A stretch of 64,000 nucleotides of DNA, from the NCBI GenBank assembly GCA_963724695.1, contig CAVRVW010000008.1, positions 237,290 through 301,289 of the forward strand, given 5' to 3'. A program made the position numbers and the translations under genes. The notes below the pieces were generated by a model. That model made no database searches, was not told the origin of the DNA, and saw only the letters and a program-made list of their open reading frames with translations. Below, in pieces: positions 43,800 to 53,174 of this stretch; the first letter of the stretch is position 1, and the number at the start of each line of letters is the position of its first letter. The stretch comes from an uncultured Acidobacteriota bacterium. Lineage in GTDB: Bacteria; Acidobacteriota; Vicinamibacteria; Vicinamibacterales; CAVVIG01.

Positions 43800-46129
43800 T
43801 ATCTCGCGTTGCCGGAGTTGGGGCCGGTGAACGGCGAAAAGTTGCCGAGCCCGGCGAGCGTGAAGGTCATGAAGAACCGCTTATCGACCGGGTAGGCATA
43901 CCCGCCGCCGTAATCGTAGCGCTGGTACTCGAAGGCGACGCCGCAGCACTGGGTGTTGTAGAAGCCCGACACGCGCTGCTGGTAGATCCGCGACCGCAGG
44001 ACGTCCAGGTTCATCGTGTAAATGGTCCCGATCCGGTTGTCCTGCGTGTGAGCGTTGACGGCGAGGTTGAGCGAGTGATCGAGCCCCTCCGGGTTGTCGA
44101 AGCCCGCAACGCCCTCGATGAAGAAGCGCCGGCTCCACCCGGCCGACGATTGCAAGCGGTTGGTCCAGTTGTACGACCCGTCGACCGACAAGGTGCGCAG
44201 CGCGTACTCCGTGCTGTCGAGCTCGGCCCGAAACGTGGTGTTGAAGGTCGGCGTCGGCGTCGTGCGCATACGCAGCGAGATCGGCGAGTAGTTGCTCGGC
44301 GCCGAGCCGGAGCCTGCGCCAGTGTTGTAGTTCGCGTCGTACTGCGCCGATCTCGCATCTGAGTAGTACGACTGGAAGATCTCGAGGCTGACGATCTCCT
44401 GGGCCTGGCTCGTCTGCCCGATGCGGCGCTTGGCGTACAGACGATTGTTCAGGCCGTAGGTCAGGTTCGTCGCATTGCCGACGATGTTGTCGACGCCGTC
44501 CGTTTGCACGATCCGATCGAACACGTCGATGGAGGAGGTTCGCTGCACGTTGAAAAACGGCTCGATGGAGTGCTTGAAGCGCTCGGCGTAACCGTTGTCC
44601 GGCGTATTCCAGATGCGCGTGAAGACGGGCCCGACGGTCTGGGCGCCGACGGTAAAGTATTGCCTGCTCAGGTTATCCTGGACGATCCGCCGGCGTTCTG
44701 TCACCGGGTCGATGTCCTCACTGTAGCTCCGCGAATACATCGTCTGACGCCATGAGGCCGTCGAGTTGACCGTAAACCACTGCCATCGCTTGAACGGAAA
44801 GCGCACCTGTGGCAGAAAGTCCACGCGCCCAAGGCTCGAGTCGAGGACGTCGTCGCCGGCACGCGACTCGCGGACGAAGTCGGCGTACTCGCCGTTGACC
44901 GAAAAATACAGCCGTGAACCTCGCGTGATCGGGCGTTCGTTGCGCGAGATGGAGATACGCGGCGCATTTCCGGTCAGGACCGAGTGGGTGGCATCGGTGA
45001 AGTACTCCGACCGATCGAACGTGCTGTTCATCGAGTACGAGTTCCAGGCGCCGACGACGTTGGCCCCCACCGTGCGGCTGGTCCGCGACGCGTCGTACAC
45101 GTTCGTATTGAACGTCTGCATGGTCGTGAAGCTCGAGTAGTAGTCAACGCGCGCACGGGCCCGCAACCCCAGGGGCAGCAGTTGCTGCGCGTTGGCGCGG
45201 ACTTCGTAGCTGCGCGAAGCCGGCGTCGAGGTCGCCGGCACTTCATCCTGGCCAAGGGTGGAAGACCGGAAGACGCCTTCGGACCCGGCGCCGAAGTTGT
45301 AACGGTATTCACCCTCCACGCGCTGCCCGAGCTTCGAGTACCACTCGTGCGACAACGTCGCGTCCTGGCTGCGATCGATCGCCCAGAAGAACTCATTGCT
45401 GATGGTGTGCCCGCGCGAGTTCGACGTGCCGTAGCCCGGAATCAGGAAGCCCGTCGACCGGTCGTCTTCCTCGGTCGGGTAGTAGAAGACGGGCAAGTAC
45501 ATCAGCGGCACATCCTTGACCCGGAAGATGGCGTTCCGCAGGAGCGTGTGGTGGTCGACGTGGAGCACGATCGTCGAGGCGCTCAGGTGCCACCGCGGGG
45601 TCGGCTGCACGCAGGTCGAGAATCCTCCGTTGGTGATCTTGTACTTCCGCGGCCCGATCTTCTCGACCGTCTCGCCGAAGAAGTAGACGTCGTTCTCCTG
45701 GTTCGCCAGCCGCGGTGCCACGATAGCGCCCGGCGCCGAAGTCGGGCGCGGGGGCTGGATCGTCGACACGCCGCTCGCGTTGAAGAACGTTCCGAGCCGT
45801 GTCTCCGTGTTCATCTCGGCCCGGTCGGCGGAGATGCGATTCGTGCCCTGGATGAAGACGACGTTGCCGCTGGCCAGCGCGCGCCGCTCCTCGGCGTAAT
45901 ACCAGACCTCGTCCGCGTAGAGCTTGGAATCTTTCGACTCCATCTCGACGTCACCGACGAAGTGCCAGATGTTGTTGTTGATGAGCTCGCGGAAACGGCT
46001 GCTCGTCGTTCCCTCGACCGGAAGCGTCGAGGCGGGCTGGGCCCATGCAAGGGCCGGCGCGACCAGCGCCGCGGCCACCAGCCACGTCAATCGTGCCAGC
46101 GAGGCAAGCGTCGGAGCAGTTGAGGGCAT
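43799..46129 (-). CDS. lptD: LPS-assembly outer membrane protein LptD
   Basis: Start ATG 46129 with signal peptide LARLTWLVAAALVAPALAWAQ. OstA-like N-domain (LYADEVWYYAEERRALASGNVVFIQGTNRISADRAEMN). Large beta-barrel ending in an aromatic-rich strand. Confidence 0.85.
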   Translation of the reverse strand: MPSTAPTLASLARLTWLVAAALVAPALAWAQPASTLPVEGTTSSRFRELINNNIWHFVGDVEMESKDSKLYADEVWYYAEERRALASGNVVFIQGTNRISADRAEMNTETRLGTFFNASGVSTIQPPRPTSAPGAIVAPRLANQENDVYFFGETVEKIGPRKYKITNGGFSTCVQPTPRWHLSASTIVLHVDHHTLLRNAIFRVKDVPLMYLPVFYYPTEEDDRSTGFLIPGYGTSNSRGHTISNEFFWAIDRSQDATLSHEWYSKLGQRVEGEYRYNFGAGSEGVFRSSTLGQDEVPATSTPASRSYEVRANAQQLLPLGLRARARVDYYSSFTTMQTFNTNVYDASRTSRTVGANVVGAWNSYSMNSTFDRSEYFTDATHSVLTGNAPRISISRNERPITRGSRLYFSVNGEYADFVRESRAGDDVLDSSLGRVDFLPQVRFPFKRWQWFTVNSTASWRQTMYSRSYSEDIDPVTERRRIVQDNLSRQYFTVGAQTVGPVFTRIWNTPDNGYAERFKHSIEPFFNVQRTSSIDVFDRIVQTDGVDNIVGNATNLTYGLNNRLYAKRRIGQTSQAQEIVSLEIFQSYYSDARSAQYDANYNTGAGSGSAPSNYSPISLRMRTTPTPTFNTTFRAELDSTEYALRTLSVDGSYNWTNRLQSSAGWSRRFFIEGVAGFDNPEGLDHSLNLAVNAHTQDNRIGTIYTMNLDVLRSRIYQQRVSGFYNTQCCGVAFEYQRYDYGGGYAYPVDKRFFMTFTLAGLGNFSPFTGPNSGNAR

Positions 46130-46166
46130 CGAGAGCAAGACACGGCGGGTGGCAGATCGAAGCGTA

Positions 46167-47444
46167 TCACGAGCCGATCGCCTGCAAGACGTCGCCGAGC
46201 AGAAAGATGGATCCCGCGACGACGATGCGCGGTCCGCGCCGCCACGCGATGTCGAGCGCCTCGGCCGGGTGTGCGGCAATCTCGAGCGGGACCGCTGGCG
46301 CGATGGCCCGTGCGACAGCGATGAGGTCCAGGGGATCGGCCGATCGGGGATTCGAGGTCTTCGTCACCACCAGGAGGCTCGCGTGCGGCACGAGCGCCCG
46401 CAGCATCGCGGCCGCGTCCTTGTCGCGCATCGCCGCGAACACGATTGGCAGAAGGGCCGCGGCGCCGGTCCCGAGAAACGCCGCCAGGGCGCGCGCGCCG
46501 TCCTCGTTGTGTGCGGCATCCAGAAGCACCTCGCGGCCGTCCGGCAGGCGTCGCAAGTCGAGCCGGCCCGGCCACACGACAGCCGAGAGGCCTCGCGCGA
46601 CGGCCGCCGGCGCGACGTGGACGCCGTGGCCCTCGAGCTGCTCCAGCAGGCGGACCGCCACGAGGGCGTTGTCCACCTGGTGGTCGCCGGCGAGGCCCAG
46701 CTCGAGGACGCCGTAATCGTGCGCCGGCGTGCGCAGGCGAATGCGTTGCTCACCCAGCCGCTCGAGGTGGACACCGTCAGCAGCCGCGAGCGTTGTTGCG
46801 CCGCGAGCGGCCACCGTCTCCTCGATAACCTGTCTGGCCCCGGCGCTGACCGGGCCGACAATCAACGGCACGCCTGGCTTCGCGATGCCGGCCTTCTCGT
46901 ACGCGATCGCCTCGATGGTGGACCCGAGGTACTCCTGGTGGTCCAGACCGATGGAGGTGATCGCCGATACCAGGGGCGTGATCACGTTGGTGGCGTCGAG
47001 CCGGCCTCCGAGGCCCACCTCCACGACAGCGACGTCGACCTGGCGCCTGCGGAAGATCTCGAAGGCTGCGGCGGTGGTCACCTCGAAGAAGGTCGGTTGT
47101 GCCTCGAGATGTCCGTCCGCGAGGAGGTGTTCGATGACGCGGCGAACATGCGAGATCGCGTCGCCAAGCTCGTCGCGATCGACCGCTCTGCCGTCGATCG
47201 CAAATCGCTCGGTCAGGTCGACCAGGTGGGGCGAGGTGTAGCGTGCCGAACGATAGCCGGCCGCCGTCAGCGCGAGGTCGACCATGGCGGTCACCGAGCC
47301 TTTGCCGTTGGTGCCGGCCACGTGAATCGTGTGGTAGGCCCGGTCGGGCCGCCCGAGCGCCTCGACGATGGCGGTGATGTTGTCGAGGCCGAACTTGATG
47401 CCGACCTGCGCGAGCCCGAAGAGGTAGCCGAACGGATCCGTCAC
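46167..47444 (-). CDS. folC: Bifunctional folylpolyglutamate synthase / dihydrofolate synthase
   Basis: [12 protein letters not shown]-loop and Mur-ligase-type domains. The ATG overlaps the accD stop (ATGA). Confidence 0.9.
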   Translation of the reverse strand: MTDPFGYLFGLAQVGIKFGLDNITAIVEALGRPDRAYHTIHVAGTNGKGSVTAMVDLALTAAGYRSARYTSPHLVDLTERFAIDGRAVDRDELGDAISHVRRVIEHLLADGHLEAQPTFFEVTTAAAFEIFRRRQVDVAVVEVGLGGRLDATNVITPLVSAITSIGLDHQEYLGSTIEAIAYEKAGIAKPGVPLIVGPVSAGARQVIEETVAARGATTLAAADGVHLERLGEQRIRLRTPAHDYGVLELGLAGDHQVDNALVAVRLLEQLEGHGVHVAPAAVARGLSAVVWPGRLDLRRLPDGREVLLDAAHNEDGARALAAFLGTGAAALLPIVFAAMRDKDAAAMLRALVPHASLLVVTKTSNPRSADPLDLIAVARAIAPAVPLEIAAHPAEALDIAWRRGPRIVVAGSIFLLGDVLQAIGS

Positions 47445-48304
47445 TCAGCTCGCGGGGCCGCGGCGCCCATGAACCGGAGCGCGCGAGCGACGGCGGTCTT
47501 CATCTCGCGCCGGTCGACCACCAGGTCCAGCATGCCCTTTTCGAGGAGGAACTCGGATCGCTGGAACCCTTCGGGCAGCGTCTGCCTGATGGTCTGCTCG
47601 ATGACGCGCGGGCCGGCGAACCCGATGAGCGCCTTCGGCTCCGCGATGTTCAGGTCGCCGAGCATGGCGAAGCTCGCCGTCACCCCTCCGGTCGTCGGAT
47701 CGGTCAGGATCGAGATATACGGCAGCCGCGCACGGTCGAGGCGGGCCAGCGCGCCGCAGATCTTCGCCATCTGCATGAGCGACAGCGCCCCTTCCATCAT
47801 CCGGGCGCCTCCCGACGAGCAGACGATGACGATCGGCTGCTTCTCGTCGATCGCCCGCTCGATGGCCCTCGTGATCTTCTCGCCGACGACCACGCCCATG
47901 CTCCCGCCAATGAAGCCGTACTCCATGGCCGCGACGATGGTCGGCAGCCCGTCGATGGTTCCCGACGCCGTGACGACGGCGTCTTTCAGGCCCGTGGCGT
48001 CGATTCCCGCCTTCAGGCGCGGCCTTGTAGGGCTTGGTGTCGGTGAACTCGAGCGGGTCGGTCGAGACGAGGTCGGAATCGTGCTCGGTCCAGTCGCCGT
48101 CGAAGAGCATGCTGCAGGCGTTCGGTCGCGGTCATCCGGAAGTGATGGGTGCACTTCGGGCAGACGTTCAGATTGGTCGTCGAGATCCTTGTTGTAGATG
48201 CCCTGCGCGCAGCCCGGACACTTGACCCACAGGCCTTCCGGCACCCGGCTGGCCTTGCCCTTCGCCTGGGCAATGGGCTTGCGCGTCTTCTTGAACCACG
48301 CCAT
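47441..48304 (-). pseudogene. accD: Acetyl-CoA carboxylase carboxyltransferase beta subunit AccD, three compensating +1 frame breaks in the zinc-ribbon/N-terminal region as assembled
   Basis: MAWFKK...[15 protein letters not shown] and everything from [10 protein letters not shown] onward ([29 protein letters not shown]) are in one frame. The conserved [20 protein letters not shown] appears only in the 48273 frame. [29 protein letters not shown] appears only in the 48110 frame. Breaks lie near 48169-48181, 48105-48117 and 48011-48026. Confidence 0.9.
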
Positions 48305-48322
48305 CACGGGGGAGCTTAGCAC

Positions 48323-48981
48323 TTACCTCGTGCGTGGCACGTAGTACCGCGTGCCGGCGCCCATCGCGCCGATCTGCTTGATCAGATCGTCGAGCGCCTC
48401 GTCGCTCGCCGTCGAGTCGAACTCCGACGTTTCGACGACCAGAAGGGGCGTCGCCGTCGTAGTGAAAGAAGAAGTGGTGGTAGGCCTCGTTGAGCTCTCG
48501 CAGGTACTCGGGGTCGGGCTCGAGGTGTGCGGCGTCGGGTGCATCCTCCAGGATGCGTTCGCGCCGCAGGCGCAACCGGCGCAGGAGCACGTCGGTGGGC
48601 GCCTGGAGGTACAGCACGAGATCCGGCGGCGGCACGTCCTTGGAAAGCAGATCGAAGAGCCGCTGGTAGATGAAGAGCTCGTTGTCGTCGAGATTCAGAT
48701 ACGCGAAGATCTTGTCTTTGTCGAAGACGTAGTCGCAGACCATGGTCTGGCTGAACAGGTCGGCCTGGCGCAGCGTGGTCTGCTGACGATGGCGGTTGAG
48801 CAGATAGAACAGCTGCGCCTGCAACGCCGCGCCGGGCCGGTCGGCGTAGAAGTCGGCGAGAAACGGATTCTCCTGTTCCTCGAGCACGATGCGTGGCGTC
48901 GAGTCGTGTGCCCAGCCGTTCGGCGAGCGCCGTCTTGCCCGCGCCGATCGGTCCTTCGACCGCGATGTAGCGGAAGTGCAC
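48323..48981 (-). pseudogene. Deoxynucleoside kinase family protein, two +1 frame breaks as assembled
   Basis: P-loop segment (M)HFRYIAVEGPIGAGKTALAERLG is in the 48981 frame. The core IVLEEQENPFLADFYAD...VCDYVFDKDKIFA...LYLQAPTDVLLRRL is in a second frame. The tail LLVVETSEFDSTASDEALDDLIKQI is in the 48544 frame. Breaks lie near 48888-48900 and 48445-48461. Confidence 0.85.
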
Positions 48982-49007
48982 GCGGGCCCGATGATATCAT
49001 CGCGAAC

Positions 49008-51187
49008 GTGACGCGTAAGAGCTTCGCGCCGCCGCTGGCACTGGCGGCTGCGCTCTTGTCGGCGTGTGCGAAACCGCCGGTCGTCGTGCCCGTGGAACCG
49101 GCCGGGCCGTCCTTCGAGCAGAAGATGTCGTGGATCGTGCGGCTCGAAGACGAGCGCTCGCTTCGCGATCCCGCGCCGCCCCCGCCGGCCGACCCCGTGC
49201 CCGCACCGGCGCCGGTCAAGCGCGACGGCGGGCGCCCCGTCGTCGCTGCCCCGCCTCCACCTCCGCCTCCGCCTCCCGATCTCACGCGACTCTCGACCGA
49301 TGCCGAGGCACGCGTTCGCCGGCGCGCCGCGCTGGCGATCGGCCGCGTCGGCCTGGCCGACGGCGTTGACGCCGCTCGTGGCGCTGCTCGCCGACGAGGA
49401 TCCGGAAGTCCGGCAGATGGCCGCCTTCGCGCTCGGCCTCATCGGCGACGCGCGTGCGGCGGATGCGCTGGCAGCGCTTCTCGCCGACCCCTCGCCTCTC
49501 GTCAAGGGCAGCGCCGCAGAGGCGCTGGGGCTCATCGGCGCCACCGGACACGCCAACGCCATCGGCGAGATGGCAGCAGCCATCGTGCAGTCCTCCGCGC
49601 TCGAGCCTCCCCCGTCAGAGGAGGATGACGCGCGGCGCGATACACCGGCAGCCGCATTCCGGCTGGCGATGACCTCGCTCGTGCGGCTGCAAGCGTACGA
49701 ACCGCTGGCCTCCGCGGTGCTCGACAGTGCCGGCAGGCCGCGCGTGCGCTGGTGGCCCGTGGCGTTCGCGCTGCAGCGACTGGAGGACCCGCGCGCAGTG
49801 CCCGCTCTTCTGGCGTTGTCGCAGGAGGCCCATCCATATACGCGCGCCTTTGCGGCCAAGGGGCTCGGCGCGATGGGCAGCGCCAGGAACCCTGAGGTCG
49901 TCCCGACGTTGCTGGCCCTGCTCGAGGGGGGCGATCGATCGGTGGCGATCGAAGCCGCACGATCGCTCGCGCGGCTGGGCGACGCGGTCGGCCGTCCCAC
50001 CGCTCGTCCGCCTGATCCACACGGGCACGACCGATCCGCAGCTGCGTCTCGAAGCGGTCGCCGCCCTTGGCGCGCTGCGCGGCGAGGGCGCCTTCGAGGC
50101 GCTGTTGGACGTGCTCGCTGACCCGCAGCCTCCGGTCCGCGCGGCCGCGCTGCGCGGCCTGGCTGCCGTGGATCGCGAAGGGTTCGTGACCGTGCTCGCC
50201 GGCCTGGACCCGGATCCACACTGGAGCGTCCGTGCGGCGACGGCCGAAGTGCTGGGCCGCTTGCCGCTCGAGAACGCGCTGCCGAGGCTTCAAGGCATGC
50301 TCGAGGACACCGATCAGCGCGTCATTCCCGCCGTCGTGCGAGCGCTCGTCGCGCTCAAGGCGGACGAGGCCGCCAAGATTGCCCTCGAGCGGCTGACGGC
50401 CGAGGACGTGGTCGTCCGCGCGGCGTCGGCCGAGGCTGTCGGCGCGCTCAAGCCGGCGAACGGGGCATCCGCCCTGAGCGATGCGTATCGGCTCGGCCTG
50501 CGGGATCAGACGTATGTGGCACGGGCCGCTGCCCTGGCCGCGCTGGCGCGCTACGGCGCCTCGACACCGATGGTGACCGACGTGTTGACCGAGGCGCTGG
50601 CGGACCGCGACTGGGCCGTTCGCGTTCGGGCCGCAGCACTGCTTCGCGAGCTCGACCCCGCCCTCGACGTGAACGCCCGCATTCGTCCTGCGCCGTTGCG
50701 GCAGCCGCGCGAGTTCTACGAGTCGTCCGCCGTGCTCACGCCGCCGGTGTCCACGCAGGCGTACATCGAGACGGACCGCGGGCTGATTCACATCGAGATG
50801 GCCATGCTCGACGCCCCGCTGACCGTGGACAACTTCATTCGTCTGGCGCGCGCCGGGTTCTTCGACGGCGTCACATTCCACCGCGTCGTGCCGGACTTCG
50901 TGGCGCAGGCCGGCGATCCACGCGGCGATGGCGAGGGGGGCCCCGGCTACACCATCCGCGACGAAATCAACCAGCGGCCCTACCTGCGAGGCACGATCGG
51001 GATGGCGCTCGACTGGGAAGACACGGGAGGCAGCCAGTTCTTCATCACGCACTCGCCGCAGCCGCACCTCGATACCCGGTATACGGTCCTGGGGCGCGTG
51101 CTCTCCGGGATGGAGGTCGTGGACCAGCTTCAGCCGTGGGATGTGATTCGGAGGGTGCGGGTCTGGGATGGGACGACGCTGCGTTGA
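49008..51187 (+). pseudogene. Lipoprotein with Pro-rich linker, HEAT-repeat region and C-terminal cyclophilin-type peptidyl-prolyl isomerase; two +1 frame breaks as assembled
   Basis: GTG 49008 with lipobox LLSAC. HEAT-like units (DPEVRQMAAFALGLIGD, SPLVKGSAAEALGLIG, DWAVRVRAAALL...) are spread over the three forward frames 48351/49066/49727. The C-terminus FHRVVPDFVAQAGDP...GSQFFIT is a cyclophilin. Breaks lie near 49358-49366 and 49984-49993. Confidence 0.85.
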
Positions 51188-51210
51188 AAAACGCTGCGCC
51201 GAAAATTGAA

Positions 51211-51240
51211 GAGGGGGCGACGGCCGCCCCCTCTTTTTCT
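51211..51240. terminator. Rho-independent terminator hairpin, usable from both strands
   Basis: GAGGGGGCG-acggc-CGCCCCCTC followed by TTTTTCTT on the plus strand (after the PPIase gene). On the minus strand the same hairpin follows the micro-ORF stop and is followed by TTCAATTTTC. Confidence 0.7.
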
Positions 51241-51256
51241 TGCGGGCGAGGTCGGC

Positions 51257-51307
51257 TTAGCGCTTCTTGCCGGCCTTCTTCTTCCCGCCCTTGGCTTTCT
51301 TCGCCAT
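51257..51307 (-). CDS. Candidate 16-codon polybasic micro-ORF (MAKKAKGGKKKAGKKR)
   Basis: ATG 51307 is preceded by AAGGGGGGGA (complementary to the anti-SD with one G-U) 9-12 nt upstream. TAA at 51257-51259 is followed by the terminator hairpin. Too short for the ORF track. Coding status unproven. Confidence 0.35.
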   Translation of the reverse strand: MAKKAKGGKKKAGKKR

Positions 51308-51535
51308 TGTCTGTTATCCCCCCCTTCAGTTGGGATGTCTTGCGAGAGCGCTCACGACATCGATCCTGTGGCTGCCGCCTGGCACGCGCACTCGACATCG
51401 GCGCCCTGCGCACCGAGGCACCACTCGCTGCTCTATGGTCCTGGGTCTCAGCAGCGAGAGGGTGAGTTGGAAGGCTTTCGGCCTTTCTTCCTCACAAGGA
51501 GTGGCCTGAGTTGACCACCCTCATACCAGATGTAG

Positions 51536-51563
51536 ATTATGGTTGAGAAAATCTTGATGTCAA
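51536..51563 (-). promoter_or_regulatory. Putative sigma-70 promoter (minus strand) driving the 51.2-51.5 kb small transcript
   Basis: Minus strand: TTGACA (51563-51558), 16-nt spacer, CATAAT (51541-51536), in the most AT-rich stretch of the window. Confidence 0.45.
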
Positions 51564-51666
51564 GCACAAAAGCGATGATTTTGTCAAAATTTTCTCGGCG
51601 CTGCACGAAGGATGCGGGCCGCGCGTCGCGGACTCTCGCACGATCCGCAGCCGCGCAGGAAATCGA

Positions 51667-52830
51667 GTGACGCCGTTTCGTTTTGCGCTCACTCACACCG
51701 ACGGCCGCGCGCGTCGCGGTCGCATGGTGACGCCTCACGGCGACATCGAGACTCCCGCCTTCATGCCCGTCGGCACGCAGGGCGCGGTGAAAGGTGTGAC
51801 GCATCGCGATCTCGCGGACGTCGGCGCCGCAATCCTGCTGGCCAACACCTATCACCTGTACCTCCGGCCGGGAGACGATCTCATCGCGCGCATGGGCGGC
51901 CTGCACCGGTTCATCGGCTGGGACAAGCCGATCCTCACCGACAGCGGCGGCTATCAGGTGTTCAGCCTCGCGTCGCGCAGGACGATCACCGAAGAGGGCG
52001 CGCGCTTCCGCTCGCACCTGGACGGCTCCGCCCATCTGCTCACGCCGGAGAAGGCCACCGACATCCAGGCCCAGCTCGGTTCGGATATCGCGATGGTCCT
52101 CGACGAGTGCCTCGCGCACCCGGCGACGACCGACACCGCGCGGGTGTCGATGGAGCGCACGAGCCGGTGGGCACGGCGGGCTCGCGAGCGGTGGCTCCTC
52201 CTCGGGGATTCACCGCCGATGCCCGGCGTCGTTGTCACCAACCCCGGACAGGCGCAGTTCGGCATCGTCCAGGGGAGTGTGTTCGCGGACTTGCGGCGCG
52301 AGAGCGCGGAGGCGACGACTGCGGTCGGATTCGAGGGATATGCGATTGGCGGTCTGAGCGTGGGAGAGCCGCCCGAGGTCATGTACGAGATGGTCGGTTC
52401 GACGACGCCCTGGCTCCCCGAGGATCGTCCGCGCTACCTGATGGGAGCGGGCACCCCCGAGGACCTGGTGGAGGCCGTGGCCCGGGGCGTGGACCTGTTC
52501 GACTGTGTGCTGCCGACGCGAAATGCCCGGAACGGACAGCTGTTCACGGCCAACGGCCGCATCAATATTAAGAACCTGCGATACGCCGAGGATTCGCGGC
52601 CCCCGGATCCGGACTGCGGATGCTACACGTGCCGCTCCGTGTCACGGGCCTATCTCCGTCATCTCTTTCTGGCGGACGAACGGGGTGCGGCGACCCTTAA
52701 CACGTTGCATAATTTGCACTTTTACCTTGACACGCTCAGCAGGATTAGGGACGCTATAGTGTTTGGGCGGTTTGAGAATTTCAGGCTCGCGTACCATCAG
52801 CGCTTGTCCCGCCAGCCAGACGATCCATGA
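51667..52830 (+). CDS. tgt: Queuine tRNA-ribosyltransferase
   Basis: 387-aa ORF (GTG start). TPAFMPVGTQGAVKG, LTDSGGYQVFSL, YAIGGLSVGE and the zinc site CGCYTC...H. Confidence 0.95.
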   Translation: MTPFRFALTHTDGRARRGRMVTPHGDIETPAFMPVGTQGAVKGVTHRDLADVGAAILLANTYHLYLRPGDDLIARMGGLHRFIGWDKPILTDSGGYQVFSLASRRTITEEGARFRSHLDGSAHLLTPEKATDIQAQLGSDIAMVLDECLAHPATTDTARVSMERTSRWARRARERWLLLGDSPPMPGVVVTNPGQAQFGIVQGSVFADLRRESAEATTAVGFEGYAIGGLSVGEPPEVMYEMVGSTTPWLPEDRPRYLMGAGTPEDLVEAVARGVDLFDCVLPTRNARNGQLFTANGRINIKNLRYAEDSRPPDPDCGCYTCRSVSRAYLRHLFLADERGAATLNTLHNLHFYLDTLSRIRDAIVFGRFENFRLAYHQRLSRQPDDP

Positions 52831-53168
52831 TGATGCTCGTGACCCCCGTGTTCGCCATGGGCGCGCCGCCGCAAGGTGGGAGCCCCTGGCTGCAGTTCGT
52901 GCCGTTCGTGCTGGTGCTCGCGATCTTCTACTTCATCATTCTTCTGCCGATGAAGCGGAAGCAGCAGAAGGTCCAGACGTTTCTCGATGGTCTCAAGGTC
53001 GGCGACCGGATCGTCACGACCGGGGGCATCTACGGGCAGGTGACGCGGCTGGGCGAGCAGAGCCTGCAGATTCAGATCGCGGACAAGATCAAGATTGAAG
53101 TGGCACGCGCCGCCATCGGCGGCTATCAGGGGCAGGCGCCCGTCGTCGAGCCCGCCAACCCGCAGTAA
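52827..53168 (+). CDS. yajC: Preprotein translocase subunit YajC
   Basis: 113-aa ORF with one TM helix and KVGDRIVTTGGIYGQV. ATGA overlap with tgt. Precedes secD. Confidence 0.9.
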   Translation: MMMLVTPVFAMGAPPQGGSPWLQFVPFVLVLAIFYFIILLPMKRKQQKVQTFLDGLKVGDRIVTTGGIYGQVTRLGEQSLQIQIADKIKIEVARAAIGGYQGQAPVVEPANPQ

Positions 53169-53174
53169 ACAGCC

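Noticed and set aside
51308-51530. Known housekeeping RNA (RNase P RNA, SRP/4.5S RNA, tmRNA, 6S RNA) in the large gap before tgt
   Set aside because: GUGAGGAAGAAAGGCCGAAAGCC only loosely resembles the RNase P GAGGAAAGUCCGGGC box, and the region is too short. The SRP GGAAGCAGCC domain-IV motif, the tmRNA acceptor/tag features and the 6S central-bubble architecture are all absent.
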